Notes: generated by a model from the sequence alone, not told the origin. Shown: positions 22,375 through 32,879, counted from the stretch's first letter. The stretch: 64,000 nt of DNA from Candidatus Bathyarchaeota archaeon (GCA_963714275.1 CAVQNT010000006.1:448001-512000); one strand, 5' to 3'. Translations and numbers: made by a program.

Positions 22375-22518
22375 TTATAATCGCCTCCGTGTATAGGAAA
22401 TCGATCAATCGCCATATGAAAACCTTTCAGGCTCCTAAAAAGGATGTTAGGTGTCAGCGATATCTCAGCATAATATAGTATGCTTTCAGCGTAGGCTCAT
22501 ACTGCTGCTAGCTCAGCT

Positions 22519-22687
22519 ACCAGTATACTGCAGAGAGTGCTTTGCCAAGAGAAGGCCCGCAAGATCAGATTTTGGCAGAAGAAGATACTAGAAACCGTAT
22601 ACGCTAGTTATCAGCAAACTGAAGATTCATTTTATTTTTTTTCGTTTTCTCTTTTTAATATATTAATGCACAGCTCATCCAGAAGCT
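22519..22687 (+). repeat. About 168-bp direct repeat (3' end and downstream region of the CxxC-x17-CxxC gene)
   Basis: Near-identical to 27534-27703. Confidence 0.92.
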
Positions 22688-22910
22688 GACTAGATATCAA
22701 AGGCTAATCTCTAACTGGGCGGTTGCAAACGGTATTCAACGAATCTCTGTATAACTTAAGCCTGATCTTTTCATCATCTTAAATAAGCTACTTCGATGGT
22801 GATGGCTGGATTCTACCTTTTCGGAGAAGCTCACTGACTTCATATCAAAAACCATTTGGTTAGCTACATTAATATTCGTGGTCCTTCATTGTAACCTCGG
22901 CAGTTAGGAT

Positions 22911-23687
22911 TTGGCAAGTGAAAAGGCCGGACGCCACAAAACGTTTGGTCGTTTTCAGTTCTATAATCCGACTGAGCGAGAGTTGGCGAGGAAAGCAGTC
23001 TTGAGAAGACAAATGGGGAGCGCGCGAAAACCGTATTGGAGAGGTAGGGGAAGAATTCCCGGTAGGGGAAGCGCGTACAAACATGTCAAGGCTCTCGAAT
23101 ACCTTGCCATACTAGCTGTAAAAAACAGTGTTGATGCAGTCGAGTTTTTTGACAGCATTGTGGAAGCTTGGAAGAAAGATGAGTCACAATGCAAACAGCT
23201 AACGGTTAGGTGCCGAGAGAGGGCAAGAGACTCAGCGGTCTTTTTATTCATCGCGACTCACAACACTATGGCTCAATTTTCCGTGCCGACTGCTGTCTTA
23301 CAAGGAGATAAGAGTCAGCTTGAACCTTACGTGAAAACCCTTGCCTCGAGAGCTCCGTCGACCGAAGAGAATGCGAAACCCCAGATTAAGGATTTGATAG
23401 CGGGAATGAAAAAGGTCAACCTGAAGGTTAAGGTGCTTGAGATTCCAGAACCGAATGCGATCTATACAAGATATGGCATAGAATCTCATGTCACAAACGT
23501 ACTTGTAGGGGACCAAACTGGAACAATAAGAATGTGTTTGTGGAACGAATATATCAAAACTGTTTCTAAGCACGACATAATTGAGATCGAAAACGGCGAA
23601 GTAGCCAATTACAGAGGCGAACTACAGCTAAGAATCAGGAGAAACGGAAACCTAAACGTTATCAAAAGAACTAGCTCACTCAGCTAG
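22911..23687 (+). CDS. OB-fold ssDNA-binding (SSB/RPA-like) protein with an N-terminal extension
   Basis: C-terminus IKDLIAGMKKVNLKVKVLE...VGDQTGTIRMCLWNE...IEIENGEV..YRGELQL. Confidence 0.8.
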   Translation: MASEKAGRHKTFGRFQFYNPTERELARKAVLRRQMGSARKPYWRGRGRIPGRGSAYKHVKALEYLAILAVKNSVDAVEFFDSIVEAWKKDESQCKQLTVRCRERARDSAVFLFIATHNTMAQFSVPTAVLQGDKSQLEPYVKTLASRAPSTEENAKPQIKDLIAGMKKVNLKVKVLEIPEPNAIYTRYGIESHVTNVLVGDQTGTIRMCLWNEYIKTVSKHDIIEIENGEVANYRGELQLRIRRNGNLNVIKRTSSLS

Positions 23688-23760
23688 AATCAGATAAAGA
23701 TTTTTCATAAAATAATAGCTCAGCTTGCCTTTGTCAAACAAGTCTTAAAGAGGTGTCTTA

Positions 23761-24045
23761 TTATTGTGTCAAGGTTATTTCGATCGTTGATATGTTCCTG
23801 CTTTTACTTTCGCCTTCTCTCGGCGGCATCTCCTCCGTTCCTATGCTGATTTTGCTTACATTCAGTTCTTTCATGAATCTATGCCTCACTATTTCGGCTG
23901 CGTCAACAGCGGTGTTTATTGCTTGTCCTCTCGCCTTCAACGTAACTTCCTTAACGTTTGGTCCAGCGAAACTCGCCATGATCCCCAAAACATAACTCAT
24001 TGGCGGTTTCATGCCCACAAACATAACTTTTGGCTCACTAGACAT
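23761..24045 (-). CDS. albA: Alba DNA/RNA-binding protein
   Basis: FVGMKPPMSYV, LKARGQAINTAVDAAE, ISIGTEE, NISTIEITL. Confidence 0.9.
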   Translation of the reverse strand: MSSEPKVMFVGMKPPMSYVLGIMASFAGPNVKEVTLKARGQAINTAVDAAEIVRHRFMKELNVSKISIGTEEMPPREGESKSRNISTIEITLTQ

Positions 24046-24168
24046 GACTCTGACTTCCCAACCTGTCACTCTGATAATACAGCAGACGGCTCCGCTTTTT
24101 AAGCCTTCGCAAAGTTAGTTAGCTCACTTAACATTAGATTGCTCTGGTTCTTTTTTGGGTGTGGCAGA

Positions 24169-25179
24169 TTATTCATTTAGTTCGTTCCTAAGTTGCTTGG
24201 TCTTCTCGGATAGGAACTCAACGATCTTCTTGTTGTCAAAGTGCGCTAGAGGTTTACCGCATTTGGGGCATCGGAAAACGTGGTTTATTGCTTCCTCAAA
24301 GGGAAGGCGTCTACAACCAAGCGTGTAACAACTGTAGAAGTCGTGGTTCTTTTCGTATTCCAGTCTTGTCTCAAGCTTTTCAAGAATGTGTTTCTTTTGG
24401 TTTGTCAAGAAGCCTTCGATTTGGTCTGGTTGGAGCCTCCAACGAAAATTGAACCATCCTGTGTTCTTGTCTCGGGTTCTTTGTAGGACTACGAGGGAAT
24501 GATCATAAAGCTTGTAAAGGATCTTGCGAACCGTATTCAGTTTGACGCCGCTTTTAGCTGTAATTTCCATGTCTGTAGTTTCGTCTACATGGCTGAGTAC
24601 CTCAACTATTTTGACGGCTTCTTCACCACCCAGAACTCTTGCCACTTTCATTACAGTATCATGGTTCACAAGGTTTTGTCGCCAGCTCCTCCAACCTGTC
24701 TTTACAAGTTTCTCCCTGATTTTGGGTGCTTCAGCGACCCATTCTAGGAGTGTCCAGAAACGTCTTTCGTCTTTCAGCCTTTCCGGTGGTACGCCTGCTT
24801 CCACACACCATTTTATGTAGCCTTTCTCAACTCTCGTTCGGAGTTCGCCTGTGCTTTCCACTTCTGCCACACTGAATCCTCTATCCTTCAAGTATCTACG
24901 TAAGCCAAATAGAATGTGTCCAGAAAGAGCATGTGCCACTTTGAAATGCGTTTCCCCATCAGCCTGCATCGCATCAACGATCTCTTCAGCAATTTTGACA
25001 GCGTCATCCAGATACCGTTTATTCTCGAAATCTGGGGGCTGAAAGGATGAAGATGGAATCCTGCGTTCCATATATTCGTGGTCTGGGAGTTTTAGAGCTC
25101 CAATCACTACACCTAAGATTAGGTCTCCCCACCCAGCGCCATCTATTAAAATCTCGTTTTCTGACATAAGCAAATCCAA
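24169..25179 (-). CDS. Fusion of an RNase HII-like N-terminal domain and a transcription factor E (TFE alpha) paralogue
   Basis: N-half ILIDGAGWGDLILGVVIG...KTGWRSW. The C-half is highly similar to tfe at 29327-29846 (VRKILYKLYDHS, RTRDKNTGWF, FRCPKC). Confidence 0.78.
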   Translation of the reverse strand: MDLLMSENEILIDGAGWGDLILGVVIGALKLPDHEYMERRIPSSSFQPPDFENKRYLDDAVKIAEEIVDAMQADGETHFKVAHALSGHILFGLRRYLKDRGFSVAEVESTGELRTRVEKGYIKWCVEAGVPPERLKDERRFWTLLEWVAEAPKIREKLVKTGWRSWRQNLVNHDTVMKVARVLGGEEAVKIVEVLSHVDETTDMEITAKSGVKLNTVRKILYKLYDHSLVVLQRTRDKNTGWFNFRWRLQPDQIEGFLTNQKKHILEKLETRLEYEKNHDFYSCYTLGCRRLPFEEAINHVFRCPKCGKPLAHFDNKKIVEFLSEKTKQLRNELNE

Positions 25180-25330
25180 GTCCGAGACCTAAACTGCCAG
25201 AATTCTAGCTAGGTCCTTACCTTTCAATCGTGTTCGCTGCTTTACTAAATAATTGGGAACAAATCTGAAAAACCTTTCCTTTCTGACTTTGCAACTTCAT
25301 TCAACACTAGAAGAAAAAATGAGTAGTTAG

Positions 25331-25612
25331 CTAGGGAAGGCATTGTTTCAGCACTGAGCTAGCAGTAGCCAACCCACCATTTAAAAGAGATGACCGATGG
25401 GCTTCTTCCTTCTGACTACCAACGATAGCCGACCCGCCAGAAACCTCTTGATATGTTTCCCTGAGTAATTCCATTTGTTCCAAAATGTCTTTAACTAATT
25501 CAGAAACTTCTTCTTCAGTTAGTTCTATGGTGGAGAACGAGATTTCATTTGCATTAATGGAGACATCGAAAAGTCTTCCGTCTTCACTTGAAACATAGGG
25601 TTGGACTTTCAT
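25331..25612 (-). CDS. Hypothetical protein
   Basis: 93-aa ORF translationally coupled to 25609..25806. Confidence 0.4.
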   Translation of the reverse strand: MKVQPYVSSEDGRLFDVSINANEISFSTIELTEEEVSELVKDILEQMELLRETYQEVSGGSAIVGSQKEEAHRSSLLNGGLATASSVLKQCLP

Positions 25613-25806
25613 GTTGTTGTCTCCTCAACTTCCCATTCATTTACAATATAGTTAATGTCTTGGTCTGTAATATCGTTAGGGTCTCTATAATGTTGATGTT
25701 CCTCTGCAAATTTATCCGCAGCATCCTTAGAAGCAAATATTTTCACAAGGTTTCTCGCATATCCCCGTCCTAAAGGACAATTACACCAAACAAGATATAT
25801 TCTCAC
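25609..25806 (-). CDS. Small hypothetical protein (virus/plasmid-like)
   Basis: MRIYLVW...IFASKDAADKF...YIVNEWEV, a pattern common in small phage proteins. Confidence 0.45.
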   Translation of the reverse strand: MRIYLVWCNCPLGRGYARNLVKIFASKDAADKFAEEHQHYRDPNDITDQDINYIVNEWEVEETTT

Positions 25807-26196
25807 TTATCAAACACTTCCTCGACTTTTAGAATTGCTAAATTTCTGAATTATGTAGCTAGCTGCTTCTTTGTTCTTATGGTGTTCCATGAGACAGATG
25901 GGATCACCAATCTTAAACAGCTTGTTGCATCCGTCGCATTGCTTGATTTTATCCTCGAGTTCTGTGTAGATGGAGCAGTGAATATAGTTCGTTACGATAA
26001 ATTCTCTGATTTCAGAGCAGATATTGTACCCGTCACACTTCTTCTTTGCCTCATCAGCTTCAGGTTTTTTGGACTCAATGTACTCTATCCTCCCAAGTTT
26101 TTCTTAAATCTCTTTAATATCTTTCGCGTATTTAATAATCAGAAGCGCGCTAAATTAAATTTACTAGAAGTCTTAATCTTGCTTTTAGTGGTTATT

Positions 26197-26571
26197 ATGA
26201 CCGAGATATCAGAAAGGAACAGGGAATGCGCACTCAAAGTTTTGGAAGAGTTAGGCTATGAAAAGGTGTCCATACCCAATTCTCCAATAATAGGGGCATG
26301 CTGTGACATAAGTATCAAAAAGGAAAGGAGTCTGGAGTTTTGTGTAATGTGCGAATATCCATATAAAGAATTTAAGAAATGGATGGGAAAAGGATCGCCA
26401 GAAATAAGTCTACAGGAAGTGCAAGAGCGATTAGGTAAATTGAATGGTCTCCTCAAAAAATGCATTGAACATGGTGGCAGCCAAAAAAAGAAAAAGGTTG
26501 AACAAACAAGACGGTTTCAAAAGGGTAAACAACCAAGATGGTTTCAACCCAAACTTCCCAAAGGTTTATAG
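26197..26571 (+). CDS. Cys-rich hypothetical protein
   Basis: Likely true start MTEISERN, with ACCD and FCVMCE motifs. Confidence 0.5.
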   Translation: MTEISERNRECALKVLEELGYEKVSIPNSPIIGACCDISIKKERSLEFCVMCEYPYKEFKKWMGKGSPEISLQEVQERLGKLNGLLKKCIEHGGSQKKKKVEQTRRFQKGKQPRWFQPKLPKGL

Positions 26572-27069
26572 TTTTTTTCATAAAAAAATGAACTGGTAAA
26601 AACAAAAAACACGCGCAATCTTTCGGAATCAACGATATTTTCATGTTAACCCAGTAACTTTCGAGAACGTCGTAAAAACCACGATTAAGTTTGACCCTGA
26701 CATTCTCGCTCCCTTCGAACTTGAAGTAGAACCAAAGATGGATAGTCTACAAGACCCTGACACGCGAGTAGCGAGGTGTACATTCTTCTCTTTTTATCAC
26801 TACGTTCTATAGAGTCTAATATGCAGACTGTATTAACTGCAGCGACATCAGGTCTGTGATTTTAGGATCGTTCAGGTATTCCCTTTTCGCTTTCTATATT
26901 CTGGAAAGACTTTCAGTATTTAATTTTAATGCACACACACAAAATTGCATCCCGCATCTTTTCTTCTTATGATGATCTTGGATGCTAAAGCGTTAAGTAG
27001 GTTTGTTAGGATAGATAGGAGAGAACAAGTTCTAGTCAAGCGAGAACCACCAAGAAATATAGAAAAAAA

Positions 27070-27260
27070 GAGAAAAGAAAAATGAAGAAATCAGCAAAGG
27101 AAAGAAAAAGAAGGGAAAGGGCTCTTAAAAGATGGAAGAAAAGAAGTTGGTTAACGAAGAGTCTAAAGAATAAGAGAATTTCTCTAGATCTAGTAAGGAG
27201 AAAAGCTGAACAAGAACAAGTAAAACCATAGTAAGTGTTAAATTTTAACCCCCAAACCCA
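27070..27260 (-). repeat. 191-bp inverted repeat, right copy
   Basis: Reverse complement of 21842-22032. Confidence 0.93.
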
Positions 27261-27450
27261 CACAGTACACTTGAAATTCTTTGCCATTGTATCCAAAATT
27301 AGCAAGTTTTCAGCTAACCATATTAAGTTTTTTAACTTCGTCATGGATAAGTTTAAAAGAGAGGGCAACGTCTCTCTGAGATTACGCAGGAAGCAAAGCT
27401 TCTAGAATTAGACTTTATTCTTGCAAACAAAAAATAGGAGTGAAAACAAC

Positions 27451-27605
27451 ATGGAAAGTCGTGAAATGCACAAAGCAGTTTGCGCCGAGTGCGGTAAAGA
27501 ATGCGAAGTTCCCTTCAAACCCGACGGCACAAGACCAGTATACTGCAGAGAGTGCTTTGCAAGAGAAGGCCCGCAAGATCAGATTTTGGCAGAAGAAGAT
27601 ACTAG
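27451..27605 (+). CDS. CxxC-x17-CxxC zinc-ribbon protein (1-nt deletion near 27560)
   Basis: MHKAVCAECGKECEVPFKPDGTRPVYCRECF. The duplicate at 22519 restores the frame FAKRRPARSDFGRRRY*. Confidence 0.88.
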
Positions 27606-27796
27606 ACACCGTATACGCTAGTTATCAGCAAACTGAAGATTCATTTTATTTTTTTTCGTTTTCTCTTTTTTATATATTAAATGCACAGCTCATCCAGAAA
27701 GCTAAGCTTACTACAGGTATCACATAATTAATAACAGTGGGTAAATATTAAATATGTTTTGTACATTTGTTGGACAGATCTATGAGGGGATAAAGT

Positions 27797-28066
27797 ATGT
27801 CGAAGGTTTCTAGCGGTGTAGTTATTAGTCATAGTAGAGGCCCAAAAACTCAGAAGCCGAAAGAATATTTGATACAGTTGTCTGGTGTTAAATCAGTTGG
27901 TGAAGCAGGGCAGTTAATTGGGCGAAAGGTAGCTTGGCCACTTGGAGAAAGAAAATGCTTAGGAAAGATCGTTTCTTTGCATGGGAAGAACGGACTCGTT
28001 AGGGCTCGTTTCAGAAAAGGTGTGCCGGGTCAAGCATTGGGAAGTCTAGTGGAAATAATCGGTTAG
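27797..28066 (+). CDS. rpl35ae: Ribosomal protein L35Ae
   Basis: RGPKTQ...LIGRKVAW...GKIVSLHGKNGLVRARFRKGVPGQALG. Confidence 0.93.
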   Translation: MSKVSSGVVISHSRGPKTQKPKEYLIQLSGVKSVGEAGQLIGRKVAWPLGERKCLGKIVSLHGKNGLVRARFRKGVPGQALGSLVEIIG

Positions 28067-28320
28067 TGAGCTAAGTCAGCTAAAATTTAATCCCCAAACC
28101 CAAAAAAATACGCCATTAGGATAAGCTCCCTATTTTATATACTATTGCAAAGTACATTTAATACAGTTAATGTGAGGGGGCTTGAAGCAGGGCGTGCTGA
28201 AACGCTTAAGATTTTCGCGAAGAGCTATAGGCATTGCTAGCTAGTTTTCCGCTTTGAAGAATATAATTGGACATCATAAATTTTAAGAATCCCTTGTTCA
28301 GATAAACCAACCAGTGATGC

Positions 28321-28785
28321 ATGTTGAAAAACTTGGAAATTAAGGTATTGACTCCAAAAAACTTTAAGAAATATGGACGAATCCTCTTTCCGACTGAAGA
28401 AGAAAATAAAACAATACATGACCATTCAGTGGCCTACATAGTGCTCGAAAAAGCCGTCTCAAAAGGCTGGCTGATGTCCCATTATTCAGTGTCAAAAAGG
28501 TTCACGGACATCATGGAAAACCATCCCAACACCAAAGAAACTTTTGAGCCACTTTGCGGAGCATCCATCATAATCTTAGCCCACGGTCCAACGCCCGAAA
28601 ACCCCGAAGCTTTTCTGCTCGATAAGCCCGTTGTGCTGTACGAAGGCGTGTGGCACGATGTTCTGGCGCTTTCGGAAAACGCAACAATGCGGATAAACGA
28701 GAACACTGAAGTTCAAAGTGTTCGCCAAAAACTCTCGTTCACAATCAAAGCTAAACTATGCACGGAAACAAACAAAAAAAGATAA
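28321..28785 (+). CDS. Ureidoglycolate lyase-like cupin
   Basis: LTPKNFKKYG, MENHPNTKETFEP, GVWHD. Confidence 0.7.
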   Translation: MLKNLEIKVLTPKNFKKYGRILFPTEEENKTIHDHSVAYIVLEKAVSKGWLMSHYSVSKRFTDIMENHPNTKETFEPLCGASIIILAHGPTPENPEAFLLDKPVVLYEGVWHDVLALSENATMRINENTEVQSVRQKLSFTIKAKLCTETNKKR

Positions 28786-28806
28786 ACTTCAAACACCAAT
28801 ACGAGG

Positions 28807-29334
28807 CTACCTACAGAGTCTCATCATTTCTTTATGGAGACTCAGCACTCTTTCGGCTGAAGGATGGTCTTCGCCCAGCCTATTTTTTAGCTTCTGAACC
28901 GTCTGCCTAATCGGAACCCTTGTCTCACCTTCGACAAGTTTGTCCGCATAAGTCACAATTTTCTCCTCCAAAGTATGCGGAATATACGTTCCTTCAGGCC
29001 AACCGAACTCGCGGGCTTCGTCGTCGCTGATGCCACCGCCGAGATGTCTTTCGATGATGTTAGCCAAACTGTCAGGTAAATCCTGTGAACGTGCAATTTT
29101 GGCTCCAACAATCGGATGGTTGATGCCGTGAGTTTTAGCCCGACCTAAGTCATGCAGAAGCGCACCGATATGAACCAAATCAACATCGACACGAGCTCCG
29201 TTATTAGCACATTTCTTTACCATCTGGACAGCAACCTTCGCCACAGCTTCACAGTGACGAACAACATTCGGTGAACAACCACTTTCCTCAAGAATCCTAA
29301 TGGCTTCCTCCGGAGAAGGAAGGGACTTACTCAC
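28807..29334 (-). CDS. HD-domain phosphohydrolase
   Basis: RHCEAV, GALLHDLGR, ERHLGGG, EEKIVTYADK. Confidence 0.88.
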   Translation of the reverse strand: MSKSLPSPEEAIRILEESGCSPNVVRHCEAVAKVAVQMVKKCANNGARVDVDLVHIGALLHDLGRAKTHGINHPIVGAKIARSQDLPDSLANIIERHLGGGISDDEAREFGWPEGTYIPHTLEEKIVTYADKLVEGETRVPIRQTVQKLKNRLGEDHPSAERVLSLHKEMMRLCR

Positions 29335-29846
29335 CTAATTCGCTCCTTATCTGTTCGACCTTTTTGGATAGAAACTCTATTATTTTGCTGTTGTCGAAAT
29401 GCATCAAGTGATTGTCGCATTTTGGGCAACGGAAAACGTATTCGGTTGCTTCTTCGAACGGAAGCCGTTTGCACCCCACTGTTTGGCAGAAATAGAAATC
29501 ATGGTTCTTCTCGTAGTTCAGCCTAACCTCGAAGCTTCTCCAAAATGTGTTTTTTCTGGTTTGTTAGGAAACCGTCGATCTGGTCAGGCTGAAGTCGCCA
29601 GTGGAATATGAACCATCCCGTGTTTTTGTCTCTTGTCCTTCTCAGCCCCACAATAGAGTGGTCGTACAGTTTGTAAAGAATCTTACGAACCATGTTAAGT
29701 TTAATTTCAGTTTTGGCTACAATCTCCTCGTCCATGATCTCGTTAACTTGGCTGAGAACCTCAACAATTTTTACTGCTTCGTCGCCACCAAGGATTTTGG
29801 CAACCCTAATCAACGTTTCATGGTTCACAAGGGCCAACAGAATCAC
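29327..29846 (-). CDS. tfe: Transcription factor E alpha (frameshift near 29525)
   Basis: Winged helix (DEEIV..TEIKLNMVRKILYKL) plus a Zn ribbon (FRCPKC), in the usual trm56-tfe-HD gene context. Confidence 0.92.
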
Positions 29847-29928
29847 CGATGCTCTTGCCTAATGACATCGTACAATAATGGATCTTTACAAACTTAAACT
29901 AATCGCCAAAAAACACAAAATTACCAAA

Positions 29929-30472
29929 CTATAGGCTCGTTTTAACGACCTTTTTCCCTTTAGCTTGAGGAACAATCTTATTCTCAGCACTTTCATGTTG
30001 TTTCAAAAGTTCTTTTCCTTCGAATAATTCATGCAAAAAAACACCCAATGCGCTTACCTCAGAGTGGGGTTGAGAAGTCACCGAAACATTCCAGTCTGCC
30101 AGGCTCATAAGCAGATCCGGGAACTTTGGCACCTCCAACAACAATGAACTTGTTCTTCAGGGAAACCTTTATTTCGTCAATGACTTCCTGCACTGGCAAC
30201 CCATACATCGTCAAATGTATAATGTCTCCGCCACCGTGTTTCCATTCCTTAACTGTCTGCTTCCAATTATGACAAAATTTAACCTCGAAGCATCCGCCCC
30301 AAGACTTGTTCACTTTCTCGACGCTTCTTTCAACTTTTTCGTCGCGTTCTCCACTGTAAAATACGCCGTCCGCCCCAAAGGCTCTAGCTGCAAGAAACAA
30401 ATGCGTCGTTACCCGTTTGTCGCGTTCAGACCTGTGGTTTAACCTGAGAACCCAGATTTTCGGTTTGTCCAA
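29929..30472 (-). CDS. trm56: tRNA (cytidine56)-2'-O-methyltransferase (frameshift)
   Basis: LRLNHRSERDKRVTTH, HLTMYG, VGGAKVP, QPHSEVSAL. Confidence 0.92.
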
Positions 30473-31722
30473 GTCTAAAAACTCCGCCTAGCTTTTCCGT
30501 GTCGTATCTAATTTTTTCCGTTATTTGAGGAGACGCGCCAAACGCGACATTCACGAAGCCTTCCTCATACTCTACGTTCTGCACTTTAGCATGGTCGTAA
30601 ATCCAAGACAAAAGTGAAAGCGACTTCTCTGTTGTTGGCAATGTGACGAAAGAATACATGTAATGAATCAAGTTTTTGTTCATTTCATTTTCCAAAAAGT
30701 CCAAATTTGTTCTGTAAAGCGCGGAAATTGGCACAATGCTTGTCAAGCGGTCTTTCAGATTTTCCGTTCTTTCATTCAAAGTCTCAGCCGAGATCAAGTC
30801 AATCTTGTTCAACACAGTGATAATTGGGACGCTGCCTGCGCCTATCTCCCGAATCGTGTCGAGGCAGCAAGACAATTTTCTTTCAATCTCGTCCTGAGGC
30901 TCGCTAACATCGACGACTAACAGTATCAAGTCGGACAAGATCGTCTCCTCCAGAGTCGAATAGAAGGCTTCCACAAGCGTTAACGGAAGGTTGTCGATGA
31001 ACCCAACCGTGTCTGTTAACAATATTTTCTTATCATGGACGTTGATGGCTCGGGTCGTGGTGGAAAGAGTCGTAAACAAACCCACATTCACGGGCACATT
31101 CTCCACAGCAAGGGCGTTGAACAAGGTGCTTTTCCCAGAACTCGTGTAGCCCGCCAGAGAAGCAGATTGAAAACCTTGCTTTTGCCTTCTGGTTCTGTGC
31201 AGTCTTCTAGTTTTTCGTATGTCTCGAAGTTTTTCCTCGATGTTCAGAACTTGGCGTTTAACGCTATCGTGGTAAACGTCCACCTCGTATTTGCCTAAAC
31301 CATGGAAGCCCGGCTGTTCGCCTAACCTTGTCAGCCTCACCTTTTGCCTTGCGTGGGCAAGCTCATGTCGCCATCTTGCTAGTCTCAATTTGGAGGTTAG
31401 CCTCTTCTGTTGAAGCCCTTTTCTGGAAAATCTCGAGGATCAGTTGAAGCCTGTCTATTACCTCGACGCCGACAGCTTTGGCGAGGTTGTAAACCTGAAT
31501 AATCTTCAGTTCGTTGCCAAAGACTATTTTTTCAGCGTTAAGCTCTTTAGCCATTTCTGCAAGTTCTTCTACTTTTCCGCTGCCTATTTGAAAACGTGAA
31601 CTGGGACGGGTGACCTGTTCAAGTGACCCAACTACCTCGTATCCTGCTGCTTCTGCGAGGGTCTTTAGTTCGTCCATGTGGGATTTTTCAGATTGGTCTC
31701 TACGGTTAACTATGATTGCCCT
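30426..31722 (-). CDS. hflX: GTPase HflX (frameshift near 31370)
   Basis: IGSGKVEE, DRLQLILEIF, GYTSSGKST, FTTLSTT, DTVGFI, NKID. Confidence 0.92.
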
Positions 31723-31724
31723 CG

Positions 31725-32244
31725 TTACTTTTGGCTCCTCCTCTTAGCTTCCTTCAACTTCACTATTTCACCTAAAGTCACGCCTTTGCTTGTCAGAACA
31801 GAAGGAAGAGGAACCTTAGGCACAACAAGCGGAACCAGCAGCTTAATTCCCAAAGTGTGCTCCATGCTTCTCTGAGACCTTTTGGTCCGGCACCATTTTC
31901 TCGTTTTCAATCTTCTTTAACACAGAAACTTTTTCAGCGATCTTTCTGCCTAAATCTTCGTGACTTAAACCCATCTTTTCTCTAGTTCGTCTGATGAGCG
32001 ACCCATAGCCCTCAACTACAATGATGTCTTCAGAAACTGTTACGGTTCCTCTCTTTTTTATGAATGCGGTTTTTGCAGCAGAAACGTTCCCTGTTGCCAC
32101 TGACCAACCGCGACTGGCGGGTTCAAGTTTCCATTCTCCTGAGCCTAGCTCGGCACATTTGTGACATGTTATCATTTTTGCTCTTTCGATGATTACTCTG
32201 TGAGGTTCTCCGAGTATTTGGCGTCCACAAACCTCGCATTGCAT
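31725..32244 (-). CDS. mbf1: Archaeal multiprotein bridging factor MBF1 (frameshift)
   Basis: MQCEVCG...CHKCA Zn ribbon, HTH (RE.MGLSHEDL), VTLGEIV. Confidence 0.88.
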
Positions 32245-32378
32245 GCTGGCACCACCATTGTTTTATTATCTCTCGTGTCTAACTTAAGCGTGACGCATGA
32301 AAAAGAATACACTAAAATTTTAAGAGCGATTCCGTAAAAATGGTTAATATTAAAACATTTGTGAAAGGTTCATTTTGA

Positions 32379-32879
32379 ATGTCTGAAAAAAAGTGCGAAA
32401 TGTTGTGTAAGGTAAAAGCAATAGCTGACTACCAGTTCGGAAAAGGGGCAGGTGAAAGTCTCTTTCCTGAAGAAGTGTCCGTCATTATTTCCAAAAGAAC
32501 CAAGAGAATTAGGCACGTGTATCTTGATAATAAACTTCTGGTTACGTTAAGACCTACAGTCGGTCTTTTTTCGTTGACGATTGAAGGAGCCCGAAGGCTT
32601 GCCTGTGACATGAAGCCCCTTCGACAATGGGTTCAGGTGCAAGATGACGTAGCATCTTTCATCAAGAAGGGAGGAGACGTGTTCGCCAAACACGTAACAG
32701 ACAATGATAACGAGATTCGACCGATGGAGGAAATAATAATTTTAGACGGAAAGCAAAGGGTCATCGCTGTTGGTAAAGCAGTGCTTTCGGGAGACGAGAT
32801 GAATGCATTCAAAAAGGGGGTCGCAGTTAAAGTACGTAGAGGAGACTTGGAGAAAGTTAAAAAGCCTACGAAAAAATAG
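32379..32879 (+). CDS. PUA-domain protein (ArcTGT C-terminal-like)
   Basis: ADYQFGKGAG, DVFAKHV, IRPMEE, AVGKA, GVAVKVR. Confidence 0.85.
   Translation: MSEKKCEMLCKVKAIADYQFGKGAGESLFPEEVSVIISKRTKRIRHVYLDNKLLVTLRPTVGLFSLTIEGARRLACDMKPLRQWVQVQDDVASFIKKGGDVFAKHVTDNDNEIRPMEEIIILDGKQRVIAVGKAVLSGDEMNAFKKGVAVKVRRGDLEKVKKPTKK

Noticed and set aside
25879-26196. N-terminal part of the 230-aa ORF 25879..26571
   Set aside because: It overlaps an opposite-strand Cys-rich remnant. The likely true start is ATG 26197.
27036-27368. Hydrophobic ORF 27036..27368 and Lys-rich ORF 6229..6489
   Set aside because: By-products of purine/pyrimidine-skewed repeat sequence, or antisense to a real gene.
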